Positions 37,398 to 48,307 are shown, numbered from the stretch's first letter. The stretch: DNA of 61,630 nucleotides from Deinococcales bacterium (GCA_031414595.1 JANNVX010000054.1:1-61630), one strand, 5' to 3'. Notes: a model not told the origin generated them from the letters alone. Numbers and translations are program-made.

Positions 37398-38245
37398 AAC
37401 GATTCTTACTGGTTATTTTTGGTGTGACAGCCTTCGCAGCGCCAGTTCCAAAACTCGAGGCTCGAGTCCATTTTCTGCACGACTGGGAAGGAGGGGACGC
37501 TTGGCAGTTGTACTATGAAATCCCACAACCGCTCGTGCCGAACGACCCCTTTGGCGGTAAGCCGAGTTCTACAACCAATAATGACATCAAAAGTGTTTCG
37601 GTGACTGGTTTACCGCTTAAAAACTGGAAAATCGTGGATGCTTTTGGCAAACGCAATTTAGAGCTTAACATCAATCCTAAAGTTGGCTTGGATGTCAGCT
37701 TTAACACCGTCAAAATCAATGGCTCGAGTGTTGCAGTTGCCCCTTCGAGGGTGTTGTACTTAAAGCCTTTAGCCAAGTACCCACTTTCTTATGAACGTCT
37801 GCAACAACAACCCGGTGATGCCTTGTTTTTAGCCATGCAAATTTTTAATGATTCACCAGATACTATCACAATAGAAAAAATTCTATTCGCCCCAAGCGGC
37901 GTAAGTGCCGACCGTGTGCTGCTGAGTCCACGTTATGAATCTAATTTCTTTTCAAACATCGAAACTTGGGTACAAAGTGGAGCAAAAGGTACACCCAACG
38001 GCACGAAACTCGAGAATTCTAGCAACCTGAGCTTAAAAATTCTGCCTTCGCGTGGTTTTGGGGCTGCGATTATCGCCGCGAGTTTCAAAAATTCTTTTAA
38101 TTGCAAACTGAATAAACGTCCCCGAGAGGCTGGAAAACGCTATGATACGTTTATTTCACAACCTCTCATTCAGTACCGAATTGGCAGTGCCAAATCACAA
38201 TTTTTCCCGATTCCAGACCAGATTGTGGCAGATATTTGCCCTTAA
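37394..38245 (+). CDS. Hypothetical secreted protein
   Basis: Signal peptide (AFA-A), ATGA overlap with pyrE. Confidence 0.7.
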   Translation: MKRFLLVIFGVTAFAAPVPKLEARVHFLHDWEGGDAWQLYYEIPQPLVPNDPFGGKPSSTTNNDIKSVSVTGLPLKNWKIVDAFGKRNLELNINPKVGLDVSFNTVKINGSSVAVAPSRVLYLKPLAKYPLSYERLQQQPGDALFLAMQIFNDSPDTITIEKILFAPSGVSADRVLLSPRYESNFFSNIETWVQSGAKGTPNGTKLENSSNLSLKILPSRGFGAAIIAASFKNSFNCKLNKRPREAGKRYDTFISQPLIQYRIGSAKSQFFPIPDQIVADICP

Positions 38246-38592
38246 TTTCGGCTCGAGACCGAAAAAGGATTACCTTCTGGGTCTGTGCCATTGCAAAACT
38301 CAAATTCTTCAGCTTTCAGCACCCGCCCAAGTTTAGCCCCTCGAGCCTCGAGTTGCTGCCTAGCGGTTTTGACATCGGAGGTGTAAAAGACGATTTTTGT
38401 GGCGATTCGCCTTGGCTTTGGCGCATCGGATACATGCAGCCCAATGGTCACATTTCCAGCCACAAATTCTTGCCAGTCTTTAGGGTCATCACTACAGATT
38501 TTTTGTTCTAAACCTAGTGTGTCGCGGTAAAAAGCCGCAACCAGTTTAATATCACGCACAAAAAGAATCACTCGAGCCATTTCTAAATTCAT
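38242..38592 (-). CDS. VOC/glyoxalase family protein
   Basis: LFVRD...AAFYRDTLGL...DPEGN. Confidence 0.88.
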   Translation of the reverse strand: MNLEMARVILFVRDIKLVAAFYRDTLGLEQKICSDDPKDWQEFVAGNVTIGLHVSDAPKPRRIATKIVFYTSDVKTARQQLEARGAKLGRVLKAEEFEFCNGTDPEGNPFSVSSRN

Positions 38593-38697
38593 GGTTTGAG
38601 CTTAAAGTTTTTTGAGTTGACTTGCAAGGTTAATTTTTTTATGCCCAGAATTTGAATTTAATGCTTATTTCACAATGGGAACAGAAGATTTATGTTC

Positions 38698-41600
38698 TTA
38701 AATCACCGCGCCTCGTTCTTCAATAATTTTAATTGCTCCTGCTTGACGAATCAAACCCAAAACCACATAAGCCCGACCAGAAAGAATTTTATCCGAACGA
38801 CTGACTCGAAACCCATATTCAAAGCGAATTTTCCTACCATTGGCTGTGACTTGAAGGGTTTGCACACTGGAATCTAACCAGTAGCGGCGTTGTACCCAAC
38901 GAGAAAAATAACCAAGTTTATCGGCTAGGATTGTGCCAATACTGACTTCTCCAAGTTTGTAATAGACAACTCGAGGTGCATAGTTTTGCATGGCAGCTTC
39001 AACCGAATTCTGCTCCCCTGAACTTAAATAGGCTTTTGCAAAGGTTTCGCCTTGGGTTTGGGAAATACCAGAAGTTACTTGCAGAGGTTTAGCTGGGCTT
39101 GAAGAAGTTCCACTAAACACCACATCCAAAGAGATACGATGTTCGCCAACTTCAAACAGCCCTTTGCCGTCATTATCAACATCTGGGCTTAAAACATTCG
39201 CCACCGCACTTAGGCGTGCATTTGAACCAACTTGACCACGAATAAAGGTCGAGATACGGTAGCAATGACGATTTTTACTGGCAGGAGTTGGTTCTGCCCC
39301 CGAGAATGTCCGACTGACCGAAAGTGGAATGCCATTGGCTTCTAAGCGTAATTCTATTCGTTCTAAGTCAAAAGCTAAACTCTTTGCCGAAGCATTACAC
39401 CAAGCAACACCCCAAGTGTATAACTCGAGCGGTTTAGCCCGAGCTTGATGAAACTCTTCGCCATTGGTGGTTCCAAAAAGCACATTTTTGTTACGGGCTA
39501 AGCGCATATTCCATAAATTGGAATTACGAGCAATGTGATAACTTAGAAATTGTTCCTTTGAATCTGGAACTGCAAAACCAATTCCAGGGGTACTCGAGTT
39601 CTCGAGGAAAGCAAGAGGAGGTTTTACTGGTGTTGCAATTGGCGCAGTCGTACTAATGACACAACCCAGATTTCCAGCTAGGTTTGGGCTGCGTTTGGTC
39701 TCGAGTTTCACGGCGTATTCGCCATTTTTAGCGCATTGATTATCGGTTAAGGTAGCACTGCTTTGGTCTGAAAAACCAATCCCACCTTTGGCATTCTCCG
39801 AAATTGTATTGCCAATTAAAACTGGGTCGGCTTGGTCAAAAATCTTGATACCCGCCAATCCGTTGCCACTGATGTCATTGCGACTTAAATTTGGTTGGGC
39901 AGTATTGGCAATCACCACCCCAGTGCCACTATTTGCCGAGAATTGCGATTCTGAAATACCCAGACTCGAATTGCCACGAATACTTAACCCGCGCCACGCG
40001 TTGCCCAAAAAGAAACTATTTTTGATTTCCCCGGATGTGTTGTAAAGCACCAATCCATCACCATCATCACCTTCTGGGTCGCTGGTGTCTTTAGCACCGA
40101 TAAAACGCACTGCGTCAAAATCTAGGCTCGAGTCTCGAAAAATTGCCACCGCCGCAGGAGCGCCACCGACATGAGCAATGGTTAAATTTTTGAGGGTAAT
40201 TGTGCCACCTGTACTTTGTAAAGTTGCTTCCCGAGTTTCAGATAATAGAATGGTTTCTTTCCAACCCATTCCCTCGAGTTGGATATTTTGTGCTAATTTC
40301 AAACCATTAGGCAGCCTATAAACACCTGCCTCGAGTTTGAGGCTACCACCGTTTTTAGCAACCTCAAGTAATTTTTGTAAAGCACTGTCGGGGACTCGTG
40401 GTTCGAGCGGAATGGCATATTTTGCACTGACAAAGCCTGTTTGGTTTTGCAGCTTGACCTCGTACCAGTTGTTGCGCTCGTTGGTAACAGCCACAGTTTC
40501 GCCTCGGACAACATTGATGGCTTGGTTGCCCTGCATGACTTTACTTGCATCTTTACTTGGTTGACTTCGGACATTCAAAAAAGCTGGGGCAATTTCGACT
40601 TGAGTTGGTATAAAATTTGCACTCGAGACGAGGGTATTTACGGCACTCGAACTTGTTTTTGAACCAGACTTTGGTAAGGCTTGATAACCAAACCAACCAG
40701 CCACAGCCAAAACTGGAATTGCCAGTAATGCCATTGGAAACGCACTTTTTGGTTTTGCGGGTGTACTGCTAACAATCGTTGGTGGTAAATGATTCATTGG
40801 ATTGACAGGCTGGGTTGGTAGCGGCAGCAGCACAGCTTGATTCAAGTTCGGTAAGCCAGCCAGAAACGCATCCACCGTTTGCGGACGTTCATCCACCTTA
40901 AAACGCATTGCTTTATCTATTAAATCCCGCCAGAGACTCGAGATATGGGCTGGGAATTGCAATGCCACACCATTGACCCTTGCATAGGCATCTGGTGGAA
41001 GTTGACCAGTGAGGGCGGTGTAGAGCGTTGCGCCAAGCGCATAAATATCGGTGTACGGACCAAACCGCGCCGAACTCGAGTATTGTTCTGGTGGGGCATA
41101 ACCCTGAGTCAGCGTTTGGGTGTGCTGCATGGTTTGCCCCGTAAAGGCTCTGGCACTGCCAAAATCTATTAGCACTGCTCCGCGTTGATGCTCGAGAAAG
41201 ACATTATCGGGTTTCAGGTCGCGGTGCAGTAATCCTTTGGCATGAACTTCACGCAGCGCTGCTCCCATTTGCCGCGCTAAAGTACCAGCTTGGGCTTCGC
41301 TGAAGACACTATTTTTTAATTTCTCGGCTAGGGTTTGTCCTTGCAGGTATTCCATCACAAAATACGCGGTATTGTTTTCTTCAAAAACATCTTGGACTTT
41401 GACAATCCCAGAATGCGAAAAACCAGCTAAGGTACGAGCTTCTTGTACAAAACCAGAAACCGCTTGTCGCCATGTACCAGCCAGAGTGGTTGGCGGTTGT
41501 AAGGTGCTACCAACCCGCATCGCATTTTGTGGAAAGAGTTCTTTAATCGTCACGGTTTGACCAAGCGCCACATGGGTTGCCACATAAGTCATTCCAAAGC

Positions 41601-41760
41601 CGCCTTGCGCTAGTGGCTTAGCGATTAAATACTTGCCGCCTTGTAAACTCGAGCCAGCCCCAAGCGACTGCAACGGCGTACTGGCTAACGATGCACCACA
41701 ATTCTGGCAACTCTGGCTACCAAGCGGATTTTGAAAAGCACAATAGACACAAACAATCAT
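38698..41760 (-). CDS. Membrane Ser/Thr protein kinase (zinc ribbon-kinase-TM-SH3b-beta-helix)
   Basis: CxxC..CxxC; GGFG.TY, HRDLKPDN, DFG, GYAPPE; TM; LNVRSQP; parallel beta-helix repeats. Confidence 0.92.
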   Translation of the reverse strand: MIVCVYCAFQNPLGSQSCQNCGASLASTPLQSLGAGSSLQGGKYLIAKPLAQGGFGMTYVATHVALGQTVTIKELFPQNAMRVGSTLQPPTTLAGTWRQAVSGFVQEARTLAGFSHSGIVKVQDVFEENNTAYFVMEYLQGQTLAEKLKNSVFSEAQAGTLARQMGAALREVHAKGLLHRDLKPDNVFLEHQRGAVLIDFGSARAFTGQTMQHTQTLTQGYAPPEQYSSSARFGPYTDIYALGATLYTALTGQLPPDAYARVNGVALQFPAHISSLWRDLIDKAMRFKVDERPQTVDAFLAGLPNLNQAVLLPLPTQPVNPMNHLPPTIVSSTPAKPKSAFPMALLAIPVLAVAGWFGYQALPKSGSKTSSSAVNTLVSSANFIPTQVEIAPAFLNVRSQPSKDASKVMQGNQAINVVRGETVAVTNERNNWYEVKLQNQTGFVSAKYAIPLEPRVPDSALQKLLEVAKNGGSLKLEAGVYRLPNGLKLAQNIQLEGMGWKETILLSETREATLQSTGGTITLKNLTIAHVGGAPAAVAIFRDSSLDFDAVRFIGAKDTSDPEGDDGDGLVLYNTSGEIKNSFFLGNAWRGLSIRGNSSLGISESQFSANSGTGVVIANTAQPNLSRNDISGNGLAGIKIFDQADPVLIGNTISENAKGGIGFSDQSSATLTDNQCAKNGEYAVKLETKRSPNLAGNLGCVISTTAPIATPVKPPLAFLENSSTPGIGFAVPDSKEQFLSYHIARNSNLWNMRLARNKNVLFGTTNGEEFHQARAKPLELYTWGVAWCNASAKSLAFDLERIELRLEANGIPLSVSRTFSGAEPTPASKNRHCYRISTFIRGQVGSNARLSAVANVLSPDVDNDGKGLFEVGEHRISLDVVFSGTSSSPAKPLQVTSGISQTQGETFAKAYLSSGEQNSVEAAMQNYAPRVVYYKLGEVSIGTILADKLGYFSRWVQRRYWLDSSVQTLQVTANGRKIRFEYGFRVSRSDKILSGRAYVVLGLIRQAGAIKIIEERGAVI

Positions 41761-44147
41761 TCTTTCACCCCGTCTTTTAATTTCAGTAAAACACCTGCAA
41801 TAACCAGATTGACCAAGATAAAAACCAGTAGTGCTGCCCAGCGCTCGAGTAGAAAATTTTGGGTATGGGTGTAAAACTTTAAGTTACTACAGGTTTGCCC
41901 AGTAGCCGTTTTTATTTGCTCACAGAACTGGTTTAGGTTTAGGCTCGAGCCGAACGCCGCCATTGCCCAATGACTGGCGGTGAGTTTCGATAACCATTCG
42001 GCAGCCCCTTCAATCTTAAAAATCAGTCCAGCAAAAATAATTTGTGGAATCAGCATAATCGGCACAACACTGACCGCCCTATCCGCCGAAGAAGCAAAAG
42101 CACTGACCGCCAAACCAAGTGCCACACCGCCCAAAGAGGTTAAGTAGGTGGTGATAAAAAACTCGAGAATTGGTGTGGCGATTAAACCAGCAAAACTCGG
42201 ATAGGTTAATTTTATTGCCAGTAAACCCAGTAATAAAGCACTTTGCACCAACGTCAAACCCGCCAGAACCACAAATTTAGAAGCCAAATAAGGCAGCACC
42301 CGTAGATTAACCAAGCGTTCCCGACGATAAATCGGGCTTTCCTTGGTGATTTCTCTGGCGGCATTGATAATCCCAAACCAGACACTGACCGTAGCCAACA
42401 TAAACAGCACAGTTTGGGCATCGTAACGAGTACCGGGCGCATTTTCTTTAAGAATCAGTGCCTCGGGTTTAATCATCACCAATAATAAACCAACAATAAT
42501 TGGCACTTGGGCTAGTAAAATCGTTAAATTTACTCGGTCACGCAGCATTAACTCGGCGTAGCGTTGGGTTAAAATTATAAATTGTCGCCACATCGAAACT
42601 CGAGAGACCGCAGCACTCGAGCCAGAAGTGGGTTTACCAGTTACCGATTTTAGCCTGTCGGTGACAAAGCGCTTAAACTGCCCAGAACCCCTAAAACGTT
42701 GCTGCCACAACTGCGAAATACTCGAGCCACTGCCCAGTAATTGCAATTCGGGCTGCAAACCACGGGCTACGGCTGCCATGGCAGTGGTTTCTGGCGCAAG
42801 CGGGGCTTCAATGACCTGATAAATATCGGCAAAATCACCACTTGAGACCCCAAAAAAAGCAGGTGCATCCAACGGCGCACCATAGTAAACCAGATGCCCA
42901 CCTCGAGCCATAAACGCCACCAAATCACATTGGGTGATATTGGCGGTCGCATGAGTCACCAGCACGACTGTCCGCCCATCATCAGCAAGACCACGCAGCA
43001 ACATCATCATTCGTTTCTCAAGTCCAGGGTCAAGCCCAGAAGTTGGTTCATCCAAAAAAAGTAAACTCGGATTAGGCAGTAATTCCACCGCGATACTGAC
43101 CCGTTTACGTTGTCCACCCGAGAGTTCCGAAACCAATTTGGAGCGAAACGGGGTTAAATCCACATCGCGCAGCACCGCTTCGACTCGAGCCGCCAGTTCT
43201 GCGCTTGACGTATCTGGCGGTAAACGAAGTCGTGCTGCATACTCAAGCGCTCGTTCGACAGGCAGACCAGCATGAATAATATCGTCTTGCGGCACGTAAC
43301 CCAAGGTAGATTTATAGGCGGCAAAATTCTTATAAAAATCATCACCATTGACCCGCAAAGCCCCCGAATCTGCCCGCACAAAACCACTCAGGGCTTTCAT
43401 CAAGGTACTCTTACCTGTGCCACTGCCACCGACCAGCGCTACGAATTCCTTGGGGAAAATCGAAAGCGATACATCGTTAAGAATAAGCTGCGGCTTGCCA
43501 CGATACTTGACGGTTCGCAGCAACCCCGACGCATCCACCCGCAAGGCATTGGGGTCAGTTGTCCACTCGAGACTCGAGCCATCAAAAACAATCCTAAACG
43601 CCCCAATTGCAATCACATCTAATGGTTTAAGCAATGCTTTAGACACCGCCACATTATTGACAAAAACACCATTGGTACTTAAATCCGACAAGACCCAACC
43701 CGACCCACTCGGCTCGAGCATCCCGTGCCTGCGCGAGACTAACGGACTATTAAGCGAAACCAACGCCCCACTGCCCTCACGCCCAATCAGCACCCGCGAA
43801 GCCCCAAGTACCACGCGCTGCACCATTGAGGCTCGAGTTAAAGCCGGATTGACATAGGTTAAAGTAACAAAATTGCCCAGCGGGTCGCCAATCCGCAGCA
43901 CCAAACCATCGCTTAAAAGCTGCGACTTGACCAAAGCACCATTGCACAACAAACCATTGGTACTGCCCAAATCTACAATTTGATGTCCAGCCCCAACTGG
44001 CTCGAGACGCGCATGAGAACCGGAGACAAACCCACTTTTTAAGACAATATCCGATCCCACTGCCCGACCAAGCGACAACGGCACAAGCCCCAGCAAGACT
44101 TCGCTTAAAACTCCAGCCTCGAGAATCAGCAGTTTGGCGACAGCCAT
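41757..44147 (-). CDS. FHA-FHA-ABC transporter ATPase/permease (Rv1747-like)
   Basis: Two FHA domains (GR..S..H..STNG); GGSGTGKS, LSGGQ, LDEPTSGLD; ABC-2 TM domain. Confidence 0.93.
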   Translation of the reverse strand: MAVAKLLILEAGVLSEVLLGLVPLSLGRAVGSDIVLKSGFVSGSHARLEPVGAGHQIVDLGSTNGLLCNGALVKSQLLSDGLVLRIGDPLGNFVTLTYVNPALTRASMVQRVVLGASRVLIGREGSGALVSLNSPLVSRRHGMLEPSGSGWVLSDLSTNGVFVNNVAVSKALLKPLDVIAIGAFRIVFDGSSLEWTTDPNALRVDASGLLRTVKYRGKPQLILNDVSLSIFPKEFVALVGGSGTGKSTLMKALSGFVRADSGALRVNGDDFYKNFAAYKSTLGYVPQDDIIHAGLPVERALEYAARLRLPPDTSSAELAARVEAVLRDVDLTPFRSKLVSELSGGQRKRVSIAVELLPNPSLLFLDEPTSGLDPGLEKRMMMLLRGLADDGRTVVLVTHATANITQCDLVAFMARGGHLVYYGAPLDAPAFFGVSSGDFADIYQVIEAPLAPETTAMAAVARGLQPELQLLGSGSSISQLWQQRFRGSGQFKRFVTDRLKSVTGKPTSGSSAAVSRVSMWRQFIILTQRYAELMLRDRVNLTILLAQVPIIVGLLLVMIKPEALILKENAPGTRYDAQTVLFMLATVSVWFGIINAAREITKESPIYRRERLVNLRVLPYLASKFVVLAGLTLVQSALLLGLLAIKLTYPSFAGLIATPILEFFITTYLTSLGGVALGLAVSAFASSADRAVSVVPIMLIPQIIFAGLIFKIEGAAEWLSKLTASHWAMAAFGSSLNLNQFCEQIKTATGQTCSNLKFYTHTQNFLLERWAALLVFILVNLVIAGVLLKLKDGVKE

Positions 44148-44665
44148 TAACGCCCTAAAGCAGCAGGACTAAATTCAATCCCGACCAGCTTCCACTGTAC
44201 ACCACGCGGCATCAGCACCAGAGTAATGGTGTTCTTAGGATTACTTAAATCGGTCAGGGTAATTCCAAATCGGTCAACAGCTAACAACCCACTCGAGACC
44301 TTAAAATTTGTTGTCCCCGAGCCAGATAGACCACCCATGCCACCTTGAAACAACGCCACCAAACCAGCCGGCGAGACCAACTGATCGACCAATGGATTCA
44401 AAATCAAACCCGATAACGCCGAACCAAGCACCGAAGCAACATCGGCAGAAGAACTGTTTTGTGCCAAAGCTGTACCCAACGTGCCACGCAAATTCTCGCG
44501 CAGCAAAGGAAAATCTACGGTGTTGTTAATTGTAATCACATCCGAAGATTTCAAGGCAGACTGCAAGGAATTCGCCGCCAACGAAGGCAAGACAAAAAAC
44601 CACACCACAGCAGCCACCAGAACCACGCCCAGAACCACAAAAACGTACTTCAAAAAACCCCCCAA
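44147..44665 (-). CDS. Membrane-anchored protein, DUF2939-like
   Basis: N-terminal TM, VDFPLLRENL, LVDQLVSPAGL, WKLVGI. Confidence 0.65.
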   Translation of the reverse strand: MGGFLKYVFVVLGVVLVAAVVWFFVLPSLAANSLQSALKSSDVITINNTVDFPLLRENLRGTLGTALAQNSSSADVASVLGSALSGLILNPLVDQLVSPAGLVALFQGGMGGLSGSGTTNFKVSSGLLAVDRFGITLTDLSNPKNTITLVLMPRGVQWKLVGIEFSPAALGR

Positions 44666-44758
44666 GAATTAAAGTAGGCAAGAACGGTATTACTGTACTA
44701 CAAAAGCAGTTCGAGACACCACAAAAGTAAAACTTAAAGAAGCATTTCGTTCAAAGGT

Positions 44759-46756
44759 TTAACGGATTTCATCCCAAAATAAATCTGGCACAGTTGGCAC
44801 AGCATCGGCTGGCAAGTCGGTAAAGATGCCGTACTGAATTAAGTATGTCCCAGCCACCAAACGCCCCAAATTAAAGCTATTGCCCTCGAGCCGCCAATTG
44901 ACCGCCACGGTTTGATTATTGACCAAACCAGTCACGGCTGGATTCGGACGACGCACGGCTGGACTCGAGCCGCCTTGCGGTAATGGGTCGACAATTCGCA
45001 AGTTCTCGATGGTGCGTTCTACCGTAATTGCCAGCGTGACCACATAGCCTTGGGCATCTTGAGCATAACTTTTTATGATTCGCACTGCCCCTTTTTGCAC
45101 ATCGGTGACTCGAGAAACAGTTACGCCAGCAGGTGGCAGAACCCGAATCATGGCTTCGGTAGCAAGTTCAAATGGGTCGAGTTCGGCACGGATGATGCCA
45201 GCCGCACAAACTCGAGCGGGAATTTGCAACACGGCTGGTTTACCGCCGCTAATGTCCGAAGCCAATTCCAATGGAGCGGCACTACTAACATCCTTGGGAA
45301 GTTTTAAGGACAGACTGACTGGCACCGGATACGGAAAATCGGTGTTGGCAGTGGCAGTTAATAAACTCTGTTGGCAAGTCGCTACGATATTCGGTGAGAC
45401 CTCGAGTTTAAGGCTGGCAGAAATTCGGTACTCGAGAATCACCCGCGTGGTTTGGTTATCTTGTACCACCCCTATTTTGGCTTCGACAGTCGAACCAGGT
45501 AGTGGGGTCGGTGTGACTGGATACTCGTTTGGGGTCAGGGTTTGGGTGTTTGGCGAACGCAAGTTAAGTCCAGCCGCTCGAAAAGGAATCCCTGTAATTG
45601 GCACTCGGGTTTTACCGATAATAGCCACGGTTTCAACAATTAACTGCCCTTGGATTGGTCGAGCCACAAACCGAACTCGAGCCGCCCCCGGTAATGTCCG
45701 AGCCAGAATTGGTGAAGCCACTGTGCCTTGCCCCTCGAGAACACTAGCACTGACTGGCACCCAACCCTGCGGTAGGGTCGGCGACATGGTGTATTCGCCG
45801 TCGCCAGACAGCGTGTACCCCGAACCCGGAATTGGACGACCCTGGGTATCCACCACTTCAACAATTGGTGGCTCGAGAATACTTAAGCCTTGGGGGGGAC
45901 TAAAGGGGGGTATATCAGCAAAAGCGGGTTGTTGGTTAATCCGAACCCGCAGGTTAATGGCGTTGCTAAACTGCTTGGTGGTGGTTAGAATTCGCATGTA
46001 AATGCTCCACTCACCGACAAGCGCATTGGTAATGTCAAAACCGTCGGTGGCTTGCCCACCATTTTCGGAGGTTGCCAGTTTACGGCGCTGACCATCTGGG
46101 GAAACTGCGTACAACTCGGCTTCGCTTGCACCGTCTGCGTCGTAGTTGGTGATTTCAAAACGCCGCCCGACCAATTCCCTCGAGACTTGAAGCCTTGCCG
46201 CCAGTAAATCGGTATTTGGTGTTCCACGGGCATTGACCGTAAATTGACTGGCTTGAATCTGAAACGGCGAATTGGCACGAACCGCAAAGGCATTCTTGCC
46301 ATTGCCAGAACTTTGCACTCGAAGCGTGTAAATCCCAGCTTGGACTTTTAGGGTAGTTAGGCGCTCCCATGTGTGCTTATCGGTTGTGCCGAACTTGCGC
46401 TCAAAGAGTTTAGTGCCGTTGGGTGCTAGGACACTGTAAGTGGTGTCAAAAGGCAAGTTGCGCCCATAAATTTCATCGCCATAATAAGCAACGGTTGCCC
46501 GCCCATTGACATAATCGTTTAAGTTTAAGCCGGGGCTATAGACCTCGAGCGACAAAGGCGTGTCCACACCACTCGGCACAATAATCCGCAGTTCCTCGTA
46601 TGGCGTAGCCCAGCTTTGGTTGCTGACATTGGCAAGTGGTAATGCACCACCATTAGCAATTGGTAATGCACCACCAGCTTGTGCCGAAGCTGGCATTGCT
46701 AAAAGTGTTGCGCCCAGAAGCGCGGCTAAGCAACTAGAAATTAGGTTTGGTTTCAC
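44759..46756 (-). CDS. Hypothetical secreted beta-rich protein
   Basis: Signal peptide ASA-Q; long ORF; TAAACT 7 nt before GTG. Confidence 0.7.
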   Translation of the reverse strand: MKPNLISSCLAALLGATLLAMPASAQAGGALPIANGGALPLANVSNQSWATPYEELRIIVPSGVDTPLSLEVYSPGLNLNDYVNGRATVAYYGDEIYGRNLPFDTTYSVLAPNGTKLFERKFGTTDKHTWERLTTLKVQAGIYTLRVQSSGNGKNAFAVRANSPFQIQASQFTVNARGTPNTDLLAARLQVSRELVGRRFEITNYDADGASEAELYAVSPDGQRRKLATSENGGQATDGFDITNALVGEWSIYMRILTTTKQFSNAINLRVRINQQPAFADIPPFSPPQGLSILEPPIVEVVDTQGRPIPGSGYTLSGDGEYTMSPTLPQGWVPVSASVLEGQGTVASPILARTLPGAARVRFVARPIQGQLIVETVAIIGKTRVPITGIPFRAAGLNLRSPNTQTLTPNEYPVTPTPLPGSTVEAKIGVVQDNQTTRVILEYRISASLKLEVSPNIVATCQQSLLTATANTDFPYPVPVSLSLKLPKDVSSAAPLELASDISGGKPAVLQIPARVCAAGIIRAELDPFELATEAMIRVLPPAGVTVSRVTDVQKGAVRIIKSYAQDAQGYVVTLAITVERTIENLRIVDPLPQGGSSPAVRRPNPAVTGLVNNQTVAVNWRLEGNSFNLGRLVAGTYLIQYGIFTDLPADAVPTVPDLFWDEIR

Positions 46757-46942
46757 GGCTCACAGTTTAACCCAAGCCTGATGAGATCGTCACCATCTCG
46801 AGGATAGGTGGGCTTGATATAAGCATACTCACATTAAATGAGTCAAATACACGCGGGGTTTTCTTGGTGGGTCGTTGGTGGGTAGCTTGGTGCTATCTTC
46901 ACAATGGACATTGAAACAGCAAGGTGATTGAACCAAATTTTG

Positions 46943-46977
46943 TGATTACGGTTTGATTACGGTTCAAGGATTAGATT
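46943..46977 (+). promoter_or_regulatory. 11-bp direct-repeat operator plus -10 box
   Basis: TGATTACGGTT x2, CAAG, then TAGATT (46972-46977). Confidence 0.65.
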
Positions 46978-47014
46978 GCCAAAAACCAAGCGCTTACGCC
47001 CCAAAAGGACACCC

Positions 47015-48307
47015 ATGCTTATTCTGAATTCCTACACCAACACAATACAAATCGAGCATCGGCATTTGAAACTTAAAGCCCAATGGGTGGAACTGCTCAG
47101 TCTAAGTGCCGTAAAAAGTTTTGAGAAGAACCCAACCCTCACCCCAGCCGAAATCCGCAATTTAAGCACTTGGCAAAACTACACCAGCGATGCCAGTGTT
47201 CACTCGGCGATTTCACGCGAACACAAGAAATGGCAACAGCACTTTGAAATACCCGTTTTTACAGGAAAATTTGGCAAGGCTTTCAGGCTAAACCCAGCAT
47301 TACAACCACAATTTGTGCAACTGCTCGAGGAAATCAAACACAAAATTATTCAAATCAGTCACAGCCCACAACGCCTCGAGAACCCAGATTCAGAAAGCCA
47401 ATCGCAATTGCTACTCGGGCAATTACAACTCGAGCGTGGCAACCTAGCTAAAGCCCAAGCTACTTTTCTGGCTGCCCAAGCCACCCGCCCAAACCCAGAT
47501 TTACGTTGTGAAATACTGTTTTGGTTAGCCAGAGTCGAAGAACTGCTAGGATTGTACGAACAAGCCAAACGCACCACCGCAAAAATACTCGAGGAAAGTA
47601 AAAAACACCCTACGCTCGAGCCTCGAGTTAAGGCATGGCACACCATCAGTTTAGCTCGAATTGAACTTCGTTTTGATAGGTGGCAGCTTTCTAAAAAACT
47701 GTTTAACGCCGCTAAAAAACACTTAAAACCAGAGCATCACCGCGAACTTGGCATGGTTTACAATGGCTTACGGCGCATTGCTGCCCACACCAGCAGTTTA
47801 GAAGAAGCCCAAGCACACGCCGAACAAACCCTTTGGCACTACCATCAAGCCCACTGGACATGGGGCGTACAAGCCGCACTCTGCGACTGCGGCGCAATTT
47901 ATCGCAAACGTGCCGAGCGCATCTGGGAAAATCAGAATAACCAAGCCCGCAAGCACCTAGGGCAAGCACTACGTTACTTCTTACTCTGCACCGAAATTTG
48001 CGAAGCAGCAGGCACAGGCAACAACAGCGCGATGGTCGAAATAAACCTTGCGTGGAGTTACCGCACCCTCGAGCAACTACAAGAAGCCAAGCACTGGATA
48101 GACAAAGCCATCGAAATAGCTGGCAGTGCCAAAAACCAATCTGATTTGGCATGGGCGTATATGGAAAAAGCCGAATTAGAAGTATTGCATGGCAACCGCG
48201 TTGGGGCAGCCGTGCATTACAACCAAGCCGCCGAGATATTTGAGAGGCTACAACTTTGGCATCACCAAGAAAATGCTTTGCGAAACGCCAAGAAAATCTT
48301 GGGTTAA
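47015..48307 (+). CDS. TPR-repeat protein with putative N-terminal winged-helix DNA-binding region
   Basis: Many TPR helices; N-terminal 'SVHSAISR' recognition-helix-like segment; RBS AAAGGA. Confidence 0.7.
   Translation: MLILNSYTNTIQIEHRHLKLKAQWVELLSLSAVKSFEKNPTLTPAEIRNLSTWQNYTSDASVHSAISREHKKWQQHFEIPVFTGKFGKAFRLNPALQPQFVQLLEEIKHKIIQISHSPQRLENPDSESQSQLLLGQLQLERGNLAKAQATFLAAQATRPNPDLRCEILFWLARVEELLGLYEQAKRTTAKILEESKKHPTLEPRVKAWHTISLARIELRFDRWQLSKKLFNAAKKHLKPEHHRELGMVYNGLRRIAAHTSSLEEAQAHAEQTLWHYHQAHWTWGVQAALCDCGAIYRKRAERIWENQNNQARKHLGQALRYFLLCTEICEAAGTGNNSAMVEINLAWSYRTLEQLQEAKHWIDKAIEIAGSAKNQSDLAWAYMEKAELEVLHGNRVGAAVHYNQAAEIFERLQLWHHQENALRNAKKILG

Noticed and set aside
45075-46001. 308-aa plus-strand ORF and other antisense ORFs (47712-48446, 15010-15606, 8875-9405)
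   Set aside because: Shadows of well-supported opposite-strand genes with no motifs of their own.
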